NCBI GenBank assembly: GCA_965218435.1
Contig: CBDCKW010000009.1
Coordinates: forward strand, 3,456,001-3,520,000
DNA: 64,000 nucleotides
Source: Truepera sp.
GTDB lineage: Bacteria; Deinococcota; Deinococci; Deinococcales; Trueperaceae
Direction of reading: 5' to 3'
Part shown: piece after piece, positions 48,702-58,405 of the stretch
Position numbering within the stretch: the first letter of the stretch is position 1
Layout: every line of letters starts with the position of its first letter
Position numbers and translations under genes: made by a program
The notes under the pieces: generated by a model
Told to the model about the DNA's origin: nothing
What the model saw: only the letters and a program-made list of their open reading frames with translations
Database searches by the model: none

Positions 48702-49937
48702 ATGTTTCGCAAGCCCTTGTCGCACACTCTGCCACTTTCCGCTATCGTACTGTTTTCTCTGCTAGCGCCGTGTAGTCAGGCCCCGGTCAACGAAGCTTTA
48801 CCTTTAGTAACGGGCGAGCTGACGACGGCGGCAACGGTCCCCCCGCAGGGCACCCGACCAGCGCATATTCGCTGGCAGGGCGGCAGCCTGACCCTCGAGG
48901 GCTGTGCCTGGCGAGGGGTTGACCGGAAAGCCTCCGCCTTTCGTTCTCTCTATCTGGAAACGGCGCGTCCCCCTGGGCACCTGATGGTTTATGACGGTCG
49001 CCGCGACCGCTACTTCGTTTTCCCTGAGCGCGGCGGTCAGTCGTACTGGCGTAACGCTTCGAGTTCGTTATGGTTCACCTTCCGCAGGGTCGAGCCGTTC
49101 TCGCTGCCGCCCAAAAAATTTACCTACACCGCCTTTTCCGGCACGGACTACCAGCGTTCGCTGTGCCCGGGCAAGCACGTGTCGTTGCTGCTGGCTCCGC
49201 GCCCCACAAGGGAGCTGCTGACGACGGCTCGAGTCGTCCCGGCCCTCGACGCGGCTTACGAGGTCTACCACAGCTTTACCAAACGCGAGCCGCAACCTCA
49301 CCGTCTCGTTTACAACCGCCTGCCTATCGCCGAAATTCCGGACGGCGGTACCTGCGGTGCGGGGTGCGGATACCTCGGCTTTACCGGGATCGAGATCACA
49401 AGCCCGTTTGTAGACAGCCTGATCGGTGGGATCAGCGCCCGCAACGAATACGACCAGGTGGTCTTTTACGAACTGGGCCGGAACTTCTGGTTTTACGGCG
49501 AGCAGCTCGGCGCGCTCGACCCGTTCGTTACCGGCTTCGCTATCGCAGGTCGGTTTATCTCGCTGAAAGAGGCGGGCCTACAGGGCAGCCCGTTTAATGG
49601 GCTGGCGTTTGCCACCTTTCGCAAGGCTGTCACGGACGACCTGCTGGTGACGTTTTTGGCCGACGACAACCTGACCTGGCGGAACACCTTGGGCGAGGGG
49701 CGAGCGCCACCCAATCCTTACCAGCTCAGTGCCAGCGACCTGGCCGGGGCGATGTTCTGGCAGGTCTACAGAGACTACGGCCTGGCAGGGTTGACGCGTT
49801 TTTTTACCGAACTTTACGCCCGTCCCTACGCCGCTACCCCGAAGCGGGCTGTCACCAACTTCGTGGCTGCCGCGTACGCGGCGACCGGCAAAGATTACCG
49901 TTACCTCTTCAAAGACGGGAGCTTGCGCCTGCGGTAG
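48702..49937 (+). CDS. exported protein with M60/zincin-like domain lacking the His ligands
   Basis: GAGGGG RBS; signal peptide ending LLAPC; CGAGCGYLG..GIEI...FYELGRNFW. Confidence 0.7.
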   Translation: MFRKPLSHTLPLSAIVLFSLLAPCSQAPVNEALPLVTGELTTAATVPPQGTRPAHIRWQGGSLTLEGCAWRGVDRKASAFRSLYLETARPPGHLMVYDGRRDRYFVFPERGGQSYWRNASSSLWFTFRRVEPFSLPPKKFTYTAFSGTDYQRSLCPGKHVSLLLAPRPTRELLTTARVVPALDAAYEVYHSFTKREPQPHRLVYNRLPIAEIPDGGTCGAGCGYLGFTGIEITSPFVDSLIGGISARNEYDQVVFYELGRNFWFYGEQLGALDPFVTGFAIAGRFISLKEAGLQGSPFNGLAFATFRKAVTDDLLVTFLADDNLTWRNTLGEGRAPPNPYQLSASDLAGAMFWQVYRDYGLAGLTRFFTELYARPYAATPKRAVTNFVAAAYAATGKDYRYLFKDGSLRLR

Positions 49938-50100
49938 CGCCTTAGCCAACTGAGCTCGAGCGCGTAACGGGGCCATAGTATGGCCCTGACGCAACCTGCA
50001 CACCCCGACCACCTGTACACTCCGACCACGAGAAGCGCGCGGCGCGCCCCCTACCCGCCTCCGTGCGACCGGAAACAGCGTGGTACCCAAGACACAGGGC

Positions 50101-50135
50101 CGGTCGGAGGTTGGTCGGGCTGCACTGTGCATACT
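50101..50135 (+). promoter_or_regulatory. GGTCGG-repeat promoter 3
   Basis: CGGTCGG-aggt-TGGTCGG-N11-CATACT. Confidence 0.75.
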
Positions 50136-50358
50136 TACGACTACGTGCTGGGAATGTTGCACAGCGCTCACGACGCGGGGTTTGGGCCGAAGATAGAACG
50201 GCCCGCCACCGTCGTGGGGTAGCCGGTCGGGGAGAAATCCCCAGCCGACGGGGTACACCGCAAGCACGCGCGAAGGGCGCAGGGAGCCGGGACGAGACTC
50301 CAAGTCTACTTGCTGATGGTCCAGCCCTGTCGTTCCAGGGTTGGAAGGGAGAGAAGAG

Positions 50359-53300
50359 ATGAAAAGGTATATGTGGCTCGTCGCCTTCGTTCTGGGGGCC
50401 TGCAATCTGGTACCGCAGGGCGCGCCGGAGGGCGTCACCACGATAGAACCCACCGCCGGACACGCCTACGATTTTGTCTTGAAGTGGGGAACTAAAGGCG
50501 ATGGTAACGGGCAGTTCCAGCTACCACACGGCGTCGCTGTAGACGGTAGCGGCAACGTGTATGTGGCGGATCAAAGCAACAACCGCATCCAGAAGTTCAA
50601 TTCAAGCGGCGACTTCATCACCAAGTGGGGAACTGAAGGTAGTGATGACGGGCAGTTCCAAATCCCACGGGGCGTGGCTGTAGACGGTAGCGGCAACGTG
50701 TTTGTGGCGGATAGTAACAACAACCGCATACAGAAATTTGCTCCTGCCAAAGACAAGGACCCGCAGACCATAACCTTCGGCGAGTTGGCGGGCAAGACCT
50801 ACGGCGGTGCACCCTTTACCGTCACCGCCACGGCCTCGTCCGGCTTGCCCGTAGCGTTCGCTTCGGACACCCCCGGCGTCTGTACGGTCTCGACGACCTC
50901 AGAGGGCGGTACCGTGACCCTGGTGGCGGCGGGGACTTGTACCGTGACCGCCTCGCAAGCCGGGAACGACGACTATGGGGCTGCCGCACCCGTCTCCCGG
51001 AGCTTCGCCGTCGCTAAGGCGAACCAGACCGTAAGCTTTACCAGTGCGGCTCCGGACGGGGCTACGGTGGGCGGCTCGTACCCGGTCGAAGTCGGTGTCA
51101 GCTCAGGCTTACCGGTGGCGCTGAGCGCGGGTCCCGAAGCGGTCTGTACCCTAGACGAGAGCACCGTCACCTTTGTCGGTGCGGGCGAGTGTACGGTGCG
51201 TGCGAACCAGGCCGGAAACGCCAACTACAACGCCGCGCCGGAGGTTACGCAAACCCTCAGTGTCGTTAGGGCGACCACACCCTCCATCCTCACGGCGGTG
51301 TCGGGCTCGGGAACCTACGGAGACAGCGCCACCCTGCGCGCCACCTTGCAGGCGAATGGGGACGCAATTAAAGGCAAAACCGTGAGCTTTACGCTGAACG
51401 GTACCCCAGTCGGAGATGACGTCACCGACGACGACGGGAACGCCACCCTCACGGGCGTAGACCTCACGGGTGTGGACGTAGGTACTCAGACGGGCGCGGT
51501 GACGGCGAGCTTTGCGGGCGACGACGGCATCGGCGGGAGCAGCGAGAGCGGCGACTTGACGGTAGCAAAGGCGGATCAGACGCCCGCCTTTGCCGAGGGC
51601 ATCCCAACGACAGCTGAGCGGGGCAGCAGCGCCACGCTCGAAGTCAGCTCGGCTACGGCCACACCGATCACCTTGAGCAGCGCGGGGAGCGCCTGCACGG
51701 TTTCAGGGCTCGAGGTGTCGTTCGTCGAAGTCGGTAACTGCACCCTGACGGCCGTGCAGGCCGAGACCGCCAACTACAACTTCGGGACGGCCACCCACAC
51801 GGTTGAGGTGGTTCAGACGCTCACCGATACTACCCTGACGAACGTCTCCGGCTCGGGAACTTACGGAGACAGCGCCACTCTGCGCGCCACCTTGCAGGCG
51901 AATGGGGACGTAATTAAAGGCAAAACCGTAAGCTTTACGCTGAACGGTACCCCGGTCGGGGATGACACGACCGATGCGAACGGGGACGCCACCTTGGCGT
52001 TAGACCTTACAGGTGTAAACGCCGGGACGTATACCGACGCGGTGTCGGCGAGCTTTGCGGGTGACGATGAGGACGCTTTAGCTGCGAGCGAGGCGCTCGG
52101 CACCCTGAACGTGACCAAGGCCGACCAGACCCTCTCGTTCAGCTCCGAACCACCGACGAACGCTCGAGTCGGCGGCAGCTACACCGTGAGCGCGGACGCC
52201 ACCTCCGGCCTGCCGGTGTTTTACCGCTCGGCGACCCCGGCGGTGTGTACCGTCCTGGCGAGCACCGTAAACTTCGTGGGTGCCGGGGAGTGCGTAGTAG
52301 CGGCCAACCAGCCGGGAAATGGGAACTACAACGCCGCTCCGGAAATTACCCAGCGCACCACCGTCGCCGCTTCAACAGACGGCACAGCCCTCAGCGTCTC
52401 CGGTGCGGGTACCTACGGCGGCGCGGGCACGCTTACAGCGACGCTCACCACGGGCGGCACACCGCTCTCGGGCAAGTCGGTCGCTTTTACGCTCAGCGGC
52501 AACGCTGTAGGCAGTGCGACGACGAACGGCAGCGGCGTGGCGACCCTTAGCGGGGTGGGTCTCGGCGGTGTGGACGCGGGCAGCTATGCGGACGCGGTCG
52601 GCGCGAGCTTCGCGGGCGACGGTACTTTTGACCCGACCCTCGGTTCGGGTACCTTGAACGTGAACAAAGCCGCTCAGAGCGTCTCGTTTACCTCCACGCC
52701 CCCGTCGAGCGCCGAAGTGGGCGGTAGCTACACCGTCGCAGCGACGGCGACCTCGGCGCTGCCCGTCTCCTTCTCGTCGGACTCGAGCGCCTGTACCGTC
52801 TCGAGTGAGACCGTCACCTTTACTTCGGCGGGTAGCTGCACCGTGCGCGCTACCCAAGCGGGGAACACCAACTACGAGGCCGCGTTCGCAACGCAAAACG
52901 TCACCGTTCAGGAGCCTGCGCCCCCCACGGCTACCAGCGACCTCTACACCGTCACCTTCGACGGTCTCACCCCCGGGCGCATCATCTCGAACGTCGCCTT
53001 GAACCAGGGTATCGTCAGCGCTACGGGCGACCGCACCGACAAGGTGTACGTCTACGCTCGGCGCAGAAATCGGAGCGGCAACGTAGCGATGGTCACGGGC
53101 TCAGACCGGGAACTCCTCATCAGCAAAGACGGCAGGAGTCAGACAAGCTACACTAGGGGCGGATACATCGGCTTCCTCTTTAGAAACTTTGGCGCGGTAG
53201 ACGTGAACACGTTAGAGGTCTCGGGTGTCACCAAAGGTGGCGGGAACGTATCGCTGTTCCGAGGAAGTCGTCGGGTTCGCTCGTTCGCCATTCCCAAAAC

Positions 53301-53415
53301 AGGCGCTTCGGGCAGCGCGACGATCAGTATCGACGCCGAAGACATCGGGCTCGTGGTCGTCACCCTCGGGGGACCCGGTAGAGTAGACGATCTGTCCTTC
53401 GAGGCGAACCGATGA
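50359..53415 (+). CDS. surface lipoprotein/adhesin with 2 NHL repeats and multiple Ig-like repeats
   Basis: MKRYMWLVAFVLGAC lipobox; 2x P.GVAVDGSGNV.VAD..NNRIQKF; repeated SSGLPV..C...GTC.V.A.QAGN.NY and GTYG..ATL.ATL modules. Confidence 0.9.
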   Translation: MKRYMWLVAFVLGACNLVPQGAPEGVTTIEPTAGHAYDFVLKWGTKGDGNGQFQLPHGVAVDGSGNVYVADQSNNRIQKFNSSGDFITKWGTEGSDDGQFQIPRGVAVDGSGNVFVADSNNNRIQKFAPAKDKDPQTITFGELAGKTYGGAPFTVTATASSGLPVAFASDTPGVCTVSTTSEGGTVTLVAAGTCTVTASQAGNDDYGAAAPVSRSFAVAKANQTVSFTSAAPDGATVGGSYPVEVGVSSGLPVALSAGPEAVCTLDESTVTFVGAGECTVRANQAGNANYNAAPEVTQTLSVVRATTPSILTAVSGSGTYGDSATLRATLQANGDAIKGKTVSFTLNGTPVGDDVTDDDGNATLTGVDLTGVDVGTQTGAVTASFAGDDGIGGSSESGDLTVAKADQTPAFAEGIPTTAERGSSATLEVSSATATPITLSSAGSACTVSGLEVSFVEVGNCTLTAVQAETANYNFGTATHTVEVVQTLTDTTLTNVSGSGTYGDSATLRATLQANGDVIKGKTVSFTLNGTPVGDDTTDANGDATLALDLTGVNAGTYTDAVSASFAGDDEDALAASEALGTLNVTKADQTLSFSSEPPTNARVGGSYTVSADATSGLPVFYRSATPAVCTVLASTVNFVGAGECVVAANQPGNGNYNAAPEITQRTTVAASTDGTALSVSGAGTYGGAGTLTATLTTGGTPLSGKSVAFTLSGNAVGSATTNGSGVATLSGVGLGGVDAGSYADAVGASFAGDGTFDPTLGSGTLNVNKAAQSVSFTSTPPSSAEVGGSYTVAATATSALPVSFSSDSSACTVSSETVTFTSAGSCTVRATQAGNTNYEAAFATQNVTVQEPAPPTATSDLYTVTFDGLTPGRIISNVALNQGIVSATGDRTDKVYVYARRRNRSGNVAMVTGSDRELLISKDGRSQTSYTRGGYIGFLFRNFGAVDVNTLEVSGVTKGGGNVSLFRGSRRVRSFAIPKTGASGSATISIDAEDIGLVVVTLGGPGRVDDLSFEANR
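50482..50739 (+). repeat. two NHL-coding repeats, 141-bp period
   Basis: AAGTGGGGAACT.AAGG...GCTGTAGACGGTAGCGGCAACGTG at 50482 and 50623. Confidence 0.85.
51304..51966 (+). repeat. near-identical ~117-bp direct repeat (51304-51420 and 51850-51966)
   Basis: GGCTCGGGAAC.TACGGAGACAGCGCCAC...GGTACCCC.GTCGG.GATGAC present twice, 546 bp apart. Confidence 0.85.
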
Positions 53416-53454
53416 GGTGAAAGAGTCCGCAAGGTAAAACCCGACCGCAGACAG

Positions 53455-53483
53455 AGTGCCGGACGTTCCGGCACTTCTTCTTT
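53455..53483 (+). terminator. intrinsic terminator after the adhesin gene
   Basis: AGTGCCGGA-CGT-TCCGGCACT followed by TCTTCTTT. Confidence 0.7.
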
Positions 53484-53738
53484 GAGCCCTCAAGCAAACG
53501 ACGCTGCGGCCTAGGCAGCGTACATGAGCTCAGCACTTCGCTGACCAGCTACGACGTGGATGACACGACCGACCCCACGCGAGTTCATCTCATGATGCGG
53601 TAGTTAAGAGGCGTCGTCATCAGCTGAAAACCCGTTTTCAGAGCTGAGCTACCCTTTAGACCGGGATTTGCTGCACTGGCCTTAGCAGACCCTATAGGGG
53701 CAGGCTACGCTGACTTAGCTTCCGAAAAAATCTCGGTA

Positions 53739-54572
53739 CTATCCGAGCGACTCAGGAGCGGCCCAGGTGTATAGCGCATTGACAGGGATAGGCGGTCCGA
53801 AGACGCTGCCCTGCTGAACAAGGCAACCAAGGGCGTGAAATTGCTCTAGCTGCCCTTTGGAGTCTATCCCGCACGCTACGACGGTCGTATCGAGTAAAGA
53901 CGCGATCTCGAGCACACTTCTAAGGAGCAGTAGTGGGTAGTGGGGGTTATGGAGGGGACGAGCCAAACGTTTTGCGATAGAAGCGTCCAGCAAGACGGTC
54001 GTAAAGTCGATTTCCTCAAAACACTCGAGTGACGCCTGTTGACCGCCGAAATCACTTAACGCCAAGCCAACACCCCAACGAGACAGGTCTGCAAGCCACC
54101 GCTTTGTTTCTTTCGAGACTACGGCGAGTTCGCTTGCATTTATGGTGAGTTCAAGATGCTGCGGGGTTAAATTGGCCACCATCAAAGCCTGCTCGACAGC
54201 GTTCAACAAGGGTCTGCCAATGTTACAAACGCTTATCGGAAAACAGACGGTGCGCTTTTCTGAGGTGACGACCTGTTTAGCCCCAAGACATGCCTGAATA
54301 AGAAAAGAGGTTGCTATAGCTGTAACGTCGCCAAGAGAAGTCGGCGCTAGCTTAGCTGTTGTCGTTGCAAATTCGTGATCCGATGTAGTGTGACTAAACG
54401 CGAGTTTAACTGCCCTTAAGGTCTCGACATCGACCACAGGCAAGAAATAAAAAATACCCCGTCCGCTCTGAACGGTTTTATCAGGGATTGCCTTACCCTG
54501 CACTGAAGCTGTCTCGTCAGCGTTTCGCAAGTGAACTGCGGCATCTGTAGGGGGATGATCCGGTTTGCACAT
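53739..54572 (-). CDS. degenerate stand-alone EAL-domain protein
   Basis: FLPVVDV, LELTINAS, GVGLALSDFG, VVACGIDS, GCLVQQG; EAL, DDFG and EGVE motifs are all altered. Confidence 0.8.
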   Translation of the reverse strand: MCKPDHPPTDAAVHLRNADETASVQGKAIPDKTVQSGRGIFYFLPVVDVETLRAVKLAFSHTTSDHEFATTTAKLAPTSLGDVTAIATSFLIQACLGAKQVVTSEKRTVCFPISVCNIGRPLLNAVEQALMVANLTPQHLELTINASELAVVSKETKRWLADLSRWGVGLALSDFGGQQASLECFEEIDFTTVLLDASIAKRLARPLHNPHYPLLLLRSVLEIASLLDTTVVACGIDSKGQLEQFHALGCLVQQGSVFGPPIPVNALYTWAAPESLG

Positions 54573-54577
54573 AAAAG

Positions 54578-54612
54578 AGTTTGTCAAACAAGGTCCGACC
54601 AACTCCCGACCA
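54578..54612 (-). promoter_or_regulatory. GGTCGG-repeat promoter 4 (leaderless)
   Basis: TGGTCGG-gagt-TGGTCGG-N11-CAAACT, 5 nt, ATG 54572. Confidence 0.75.
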
Positions 54613-55150
54613 CCCCTCTGGTGCAGTTAGGTTGTCCAAAGTTACAGACTAAGACCACCCGAGAGTAAGCACCATACGCAAGGTATTCCTATGCTGTTTG
54701 ACAAAAAGCTTAGCGGCGTCGAGAGTTTGGGAAAACAGTCCTCTAAAAACAACAGGTTGAGGCTTCGTTTGAAGATGGTACAGGCGCTCAGGGCGATCTT
54801 CTTGTCTGTCGTGACGGTATCTACTCACGCACCCGGAAGCTTGTTTTCCCGAGAGCCCAAAACCTTCGTACCTTAGAATGTGCCAGGTAACTTAGCTGTT
54901 GGACGCTGGGACGCTGACAATTTGCCAGCGAATTGGAAAGAAATAAGGAATCGCTGGGAGGTTTTTCAGGGCTTGCGGTCCTGGTTGTTTCTGCTTGATT
55001 TTGTGCTGTTGTGCTTGGCTATTACGCTGTATTCGTAAAAGTGTGACTCTTATGCGGTAGTTGAGCGCAAATACTGCTGTAGCAATGAGACACCAGGCGA
55101 AAGACGCCTGTAAAGGTCTTTAGTGTACTGAGTATGTTACCCACTAAAAC

Positions 55151-56545
55151 CTAATCAGTAAGCGGTAGCCGCACCGTAAAGTGCGTTTCCCCCGGTTTTG
55201 AGTCTACCCGCACCGTCCCGTGATGCCGTCTCGAGACGATGCGCTCGACAATATCGAGCCCCAAGCCGGTTCCTTCACCGACGCCCTTAGTCGTAAAGAA
55301 CGGCTCAAAGATACGCGCTTGCACCTCCGCGGGAATACCGGGACCGTCGTCGGCCACGTCTACACAGGCGTAGTTGCCGGACGCGTCGAGCGACGCACTC
55401 AGCGTGACGGTGCCGCCCTCGGGCGCAGCCGCAACAGCGTTGTCGAGCAAGTTCGTCCAGACCTGATTAAGTTCTGCGCCGTAGGCCGGGACAGGGGGCA
55501 GCTCAGCGAGTTGTTTAACGAGCTTGAGGTCTTTTTTCTTAAACTTGTATTTGAGGATGGTCAAGGTGTCGTACAGACCTTGTTTAAGGTCGGTCGGACG
55601 TTTTTCTTGCGCCTGATCCATATATGAATACGCCTTCATCGCGCCGACGAGTTCCGAGATGCGCCGCGTACTCTCTAAGAGCTCACCGACTAAGAGCCGC
55701 ATCTCGACGTCGCGGGGAATCCACTCGAGCACATTCTTCGCCTGTTCTTCGGTCACAGCTGTCATAAAGGGCTCGAGCACGTCCCGCGTCAGGCCGCCTG
55801 CGACGAGGGTTGCAGCCGCGTCCCACGGTTTATGAACGCCTTGTTCCTCTAAAAAGTCACCGAGGTCGTCTTCTAACTCACTTTGTTCGACGACGCCCCG
55901 GGCCGGACTCGTTAGGGTCATGACGTCGTAGATGGGGCTGAAAGGGTCACCGCCCAAAGGTCTGGATTTGAATACGACTTCTGCAAGAATTTTAGACGAG
56001 TGTTCATCAAAACTTTGGAGCGTTTCTAACAGCGTTTGCGCCGCGCGGTGCGCCGCCGCTGCCGGGTTATTGAGTTCGTGCGCCAACCCCGCCGACATCG
56101 TACCGAGCGAGACGAGCTTCTCCTGCTGTTCGCTCAGCCGGGTGTACTCGCGTGTCCGGTCGAGCATCAAGCTGATCAGGCGTTCTAACAGCCCCGGCGC
56201 GTGCGCGTGCATCTCGGGAAAGTGGTCGCGGTGCAGGGTGGCACTTTGTAAGGGTAGCGTGGCCCGCCCGACGCCTGCTGAAGCTTTCATCCTCGAGTAC
56301 GGCAAGCGCCCGGTAATTTCGCCCGCCAACACCGAGACGTAAGCGACCTCGCGGCCCCCCTCATAGAGGCTGATCTCCAGCCGGCCCGAGAGGATAATCC
56401 TGAGCGCGTCAATGTCGTCGCCCTGCTTAAAGATAACCGCGCCTGCGTCGTCTTGATGGAGCGTGCAGTGCGCGGCGAGCCACGCTAAATCCCTTTCCGG
56501 TAGGTCGGAAAGTGCTGGGACACCGGCAAAGTCAAATGCCTTCAC
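55151..56545 (-). CDS. cytoplasmic histidine kinase with N-terminal cNMP-binding domain
   Basis: [47 protein letters not shown]. Confidence 0.95.
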   Translation of the reverse strand: MKAFDFAGVPALSDLPERDLAWLAAHCTLHQDDAGAVIFKQGDDIDALRIILSGRLEISLYEGGREVAYVSVLAGEITGRLPYSRMKASAGVGRATLPLQSATLHRDHFPEMHAHAPGLLERLISLMLDRTREYTRLSEQQEKLVSLGTMSAGLAHELNNPAAAAHRAAQTLLETLQSFDEHSSKILAEVVFKSRPLGGDPFSPIYDVMTLTSPARGVVEQSELEDDLGDFLEEQGVHKPWDAAATLVAGGLTRDVLEPFMTAVTEEQAKNVLEWIPRDVEMRLLVGELLESTRRISELVGAMKAYSYMDQAQEKRPTDLKQGLYDTLTILKYKFKKKDLKLVKQLAELPPVPAYGAELNQVWTNLLDNAVAAAPEGGTVTLSASLDASGNYACVDVADDGPGIPAEVQARIFEPFFTTKGVGEGTGLGLDIVERIVSRRHHGTVRVDSKPGETHFTVRLPLTD

Positions 56546-58200
56546 GCGCCGACCTCAGCCAGATACTGATGGACAAACTGCACCGCAATCGAACCCTCAC
56601 CGACCGCCGAGGCGACCCGTTTCACCGACCCTGCCCGTACGTCGCCAGCTGCAAACACACCGGGAACGCTGGTCTCGAGCAAAAAAGGGGGGCGCTCGAG
56701 CGGCCACGCGCCGATTTTTTGCGTCTGCAAACCCGTATAGATAAAGCCGTTGGGGTCACGCGCCACTTCAGCTGTTCCGGCTGCGCCGCCCAACCAGTCG
56801 GTCCGGGGTGACGCGCCGATAAAGATAAACAGGCCGCTCGAGGCGACCTCCTGTTCATCGCCGTTACAAAGCAGCGTCAGAGACCCCAAGTGCCCGTCCC
56901 CGTGAACGGCTTTGACCTCGGCGCGGAGGAACAAGTGGATATTGTCGGCCGCGTAAAGCTGTTCGACCAAATACTGCGACATCTTCGCGCCTAAACTGTC
57001 TCCCCGCACGAGGAGCGTGACCGAAGCAGCGTAGCGAGACAAGTACAGCGCGGCCTGCCCCGCCGAGTTCCCGGCTCCGACGATATGCACCGTCGCACCC
57101 TCGTACGCCGCCGCTTCAGAGACCGACGAACCGTAGTAAACGCCCGCCCCGGTGAGCGCCTCGGCTCCGGGCAACGTAAGCTTGCGGTATGACACCCCCG
57201 TCGCCACAACGAGCGCGTGGCAGCTCAGCGAACCGCCACCCCCCAAGCTGAGCACCTTGTAGTCGCCCTCGAGACTGAGCTGTTCGACGCCTCTAGGTGC
57301 CACGATCTCCGCGCCGAATTTGCGGGCTTGCGTCGTCGCGCGCCGTGTCAGGTCGCCGCCGGAGAGCCCGACCGGAAACCCTAAATAGTTTTCAATCCGC
57401 GAGCTCGTCCCCGCTTGACCGCCGGGTGCGTCGGCGTCTAAGAGCGCCACTCTGAGCCCTTCGGACGCGCCGTACACGGCGGCGGCTAACCCCGCCGGTC
57501 CCGCGCCGACGATCACGAGGTCGTAAAAGCTTTGTTCGGCCTGCGTCTGCAGTCCCGCACGTTCAGCGACCTCGGCCGTACTCGGACGAGCTAGGCGGGT
57601 ACCGTCTTCTAAAATCACCAGCGGCAGGTCGCTCGGCGCGGCGTTCCCCAAGAGCGCCGCCGCCTCGCCGCCGCTCTCGACGTCGAACCAGCGGTACGGG
57701 ACGCCGTGCCGCGCTAAAAAGTCGCGCAGGGTGTAACCGCCTGCGTCCCAACGTGTGCCGATGATCCGCAGCCCTGAAAAGGCGGGCCGGTAGTCGGCGG
57801 TCCAGTCGTCTAAGAGGTCGTCTAGTACCGGGTAGAGCTGCGTCTCGGGCGGGTCCCACGGTTTAAGCAAATAGTAGTGAATCCGGCTCTGATTGATGGC
57901 GGCGATGGCCGCGCCGGTGTCGGCGTAGGCGGTCAGCATCACCCGTTTGGCGTCGGGGTAGAGCGTCATAGCCTCCTCTAGAAACGCGACCCCGTTCATC
58001 CGGGGCATCCGCTGGTCAACTAAAAAGAGCGCCACGGGGTCGCCCCGGTCTTTAAGGTCTTGCAGCGCAGACAGCGCCGTCTCGCCGCTGTCAGCCCGGA
58101 CGATGCGAAAGTTCTCGCCGTACTGCCGCCGCAGGTCGCGGCTTACTGCGCTCAGCACCTGCGGATCGTCGTCAACGCTCATAATGACGGGTTTAGGCAT
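56542..58200 (-). CDS. receiver domain--thioredoxin reductase-like flavoprotein fusion
   Basis: VDDD, DQRMP, KPW; GAGPAG, IENYLGFP, GAGNSAG, AAGDVR..KRVASAVGEG. Confidence 0.95.
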   Translation of the reverse strand: MPKPVIMSVDDDPQVLSAVSRDLRRQYGENFRIVRADSGETALSALQDLKDRGDPVALFLVDQRMPRMNGVAFLEEAMTLYPDAKRVMLTAYADTGAAIAAINQSRIHYYLLKPWDPPETQLYPVLDDLLDDWTADYRPAFSGLRIIGTRWDAGGYTLRDFLARHGVPYRWFDVESGGEAAALLGNAAPSDLPLVILEDGTRLARPSTAEVAERAGLQTQAEQSFYDLVIVGAGPAGLAAAVYGASEGLRVALLDADAPGGQAGTSSRIENYLGFPVGLSGGDLTRRATTQARKFGAEIVAPRGVEQLSLEGDYKVLSLGGGGSLSCHALVVATGVSYRKLTLPGAEALTGAGVYYGSSVSEAAAYEGATVHIVGAGNSAGQAALYLSRYAASVTLLVRGDSLGAKMSQYLVEQLYAADNIHLFLRAEVKAVHGDGHLGSLTLLCNGDEQEVASSGLFIFIGASPRTDWLGGAAGTAEVARDPNGFIYTGLQTQKIGAWPLERPPFLLETSVPGVFAAGDVRAGSVKRVASAVGEGSIAVQFVHQYLAEVGA

Positions 58201-58405
58201 CAGAAACGCGTACCACTCAAGAGGTCGGGTAGACGCTGCACTTTTGTGGGAGTACCTTGCATAAGTAAGCGTACTCCGTCAGATGTCTCTTTTAGGTTGT
58301 GAGCTTAGCGTTCGGTCAGCTCTGCGGTCAGGCAACCTCGAGTATGCTGGGCTAGGTTCTGCTGCTCGAGCAGGTTTTAGCAGACTCAGTGAGCAGGCAA
58401 ATAAT

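Noticed and set aside
49578..50463. 291-aa and 173-aa minus-strand ORFs
   Set aside because: Arg/Pro-rich shadow frames of GC-rich DNA that overlap genes and a promoter on the + strand.
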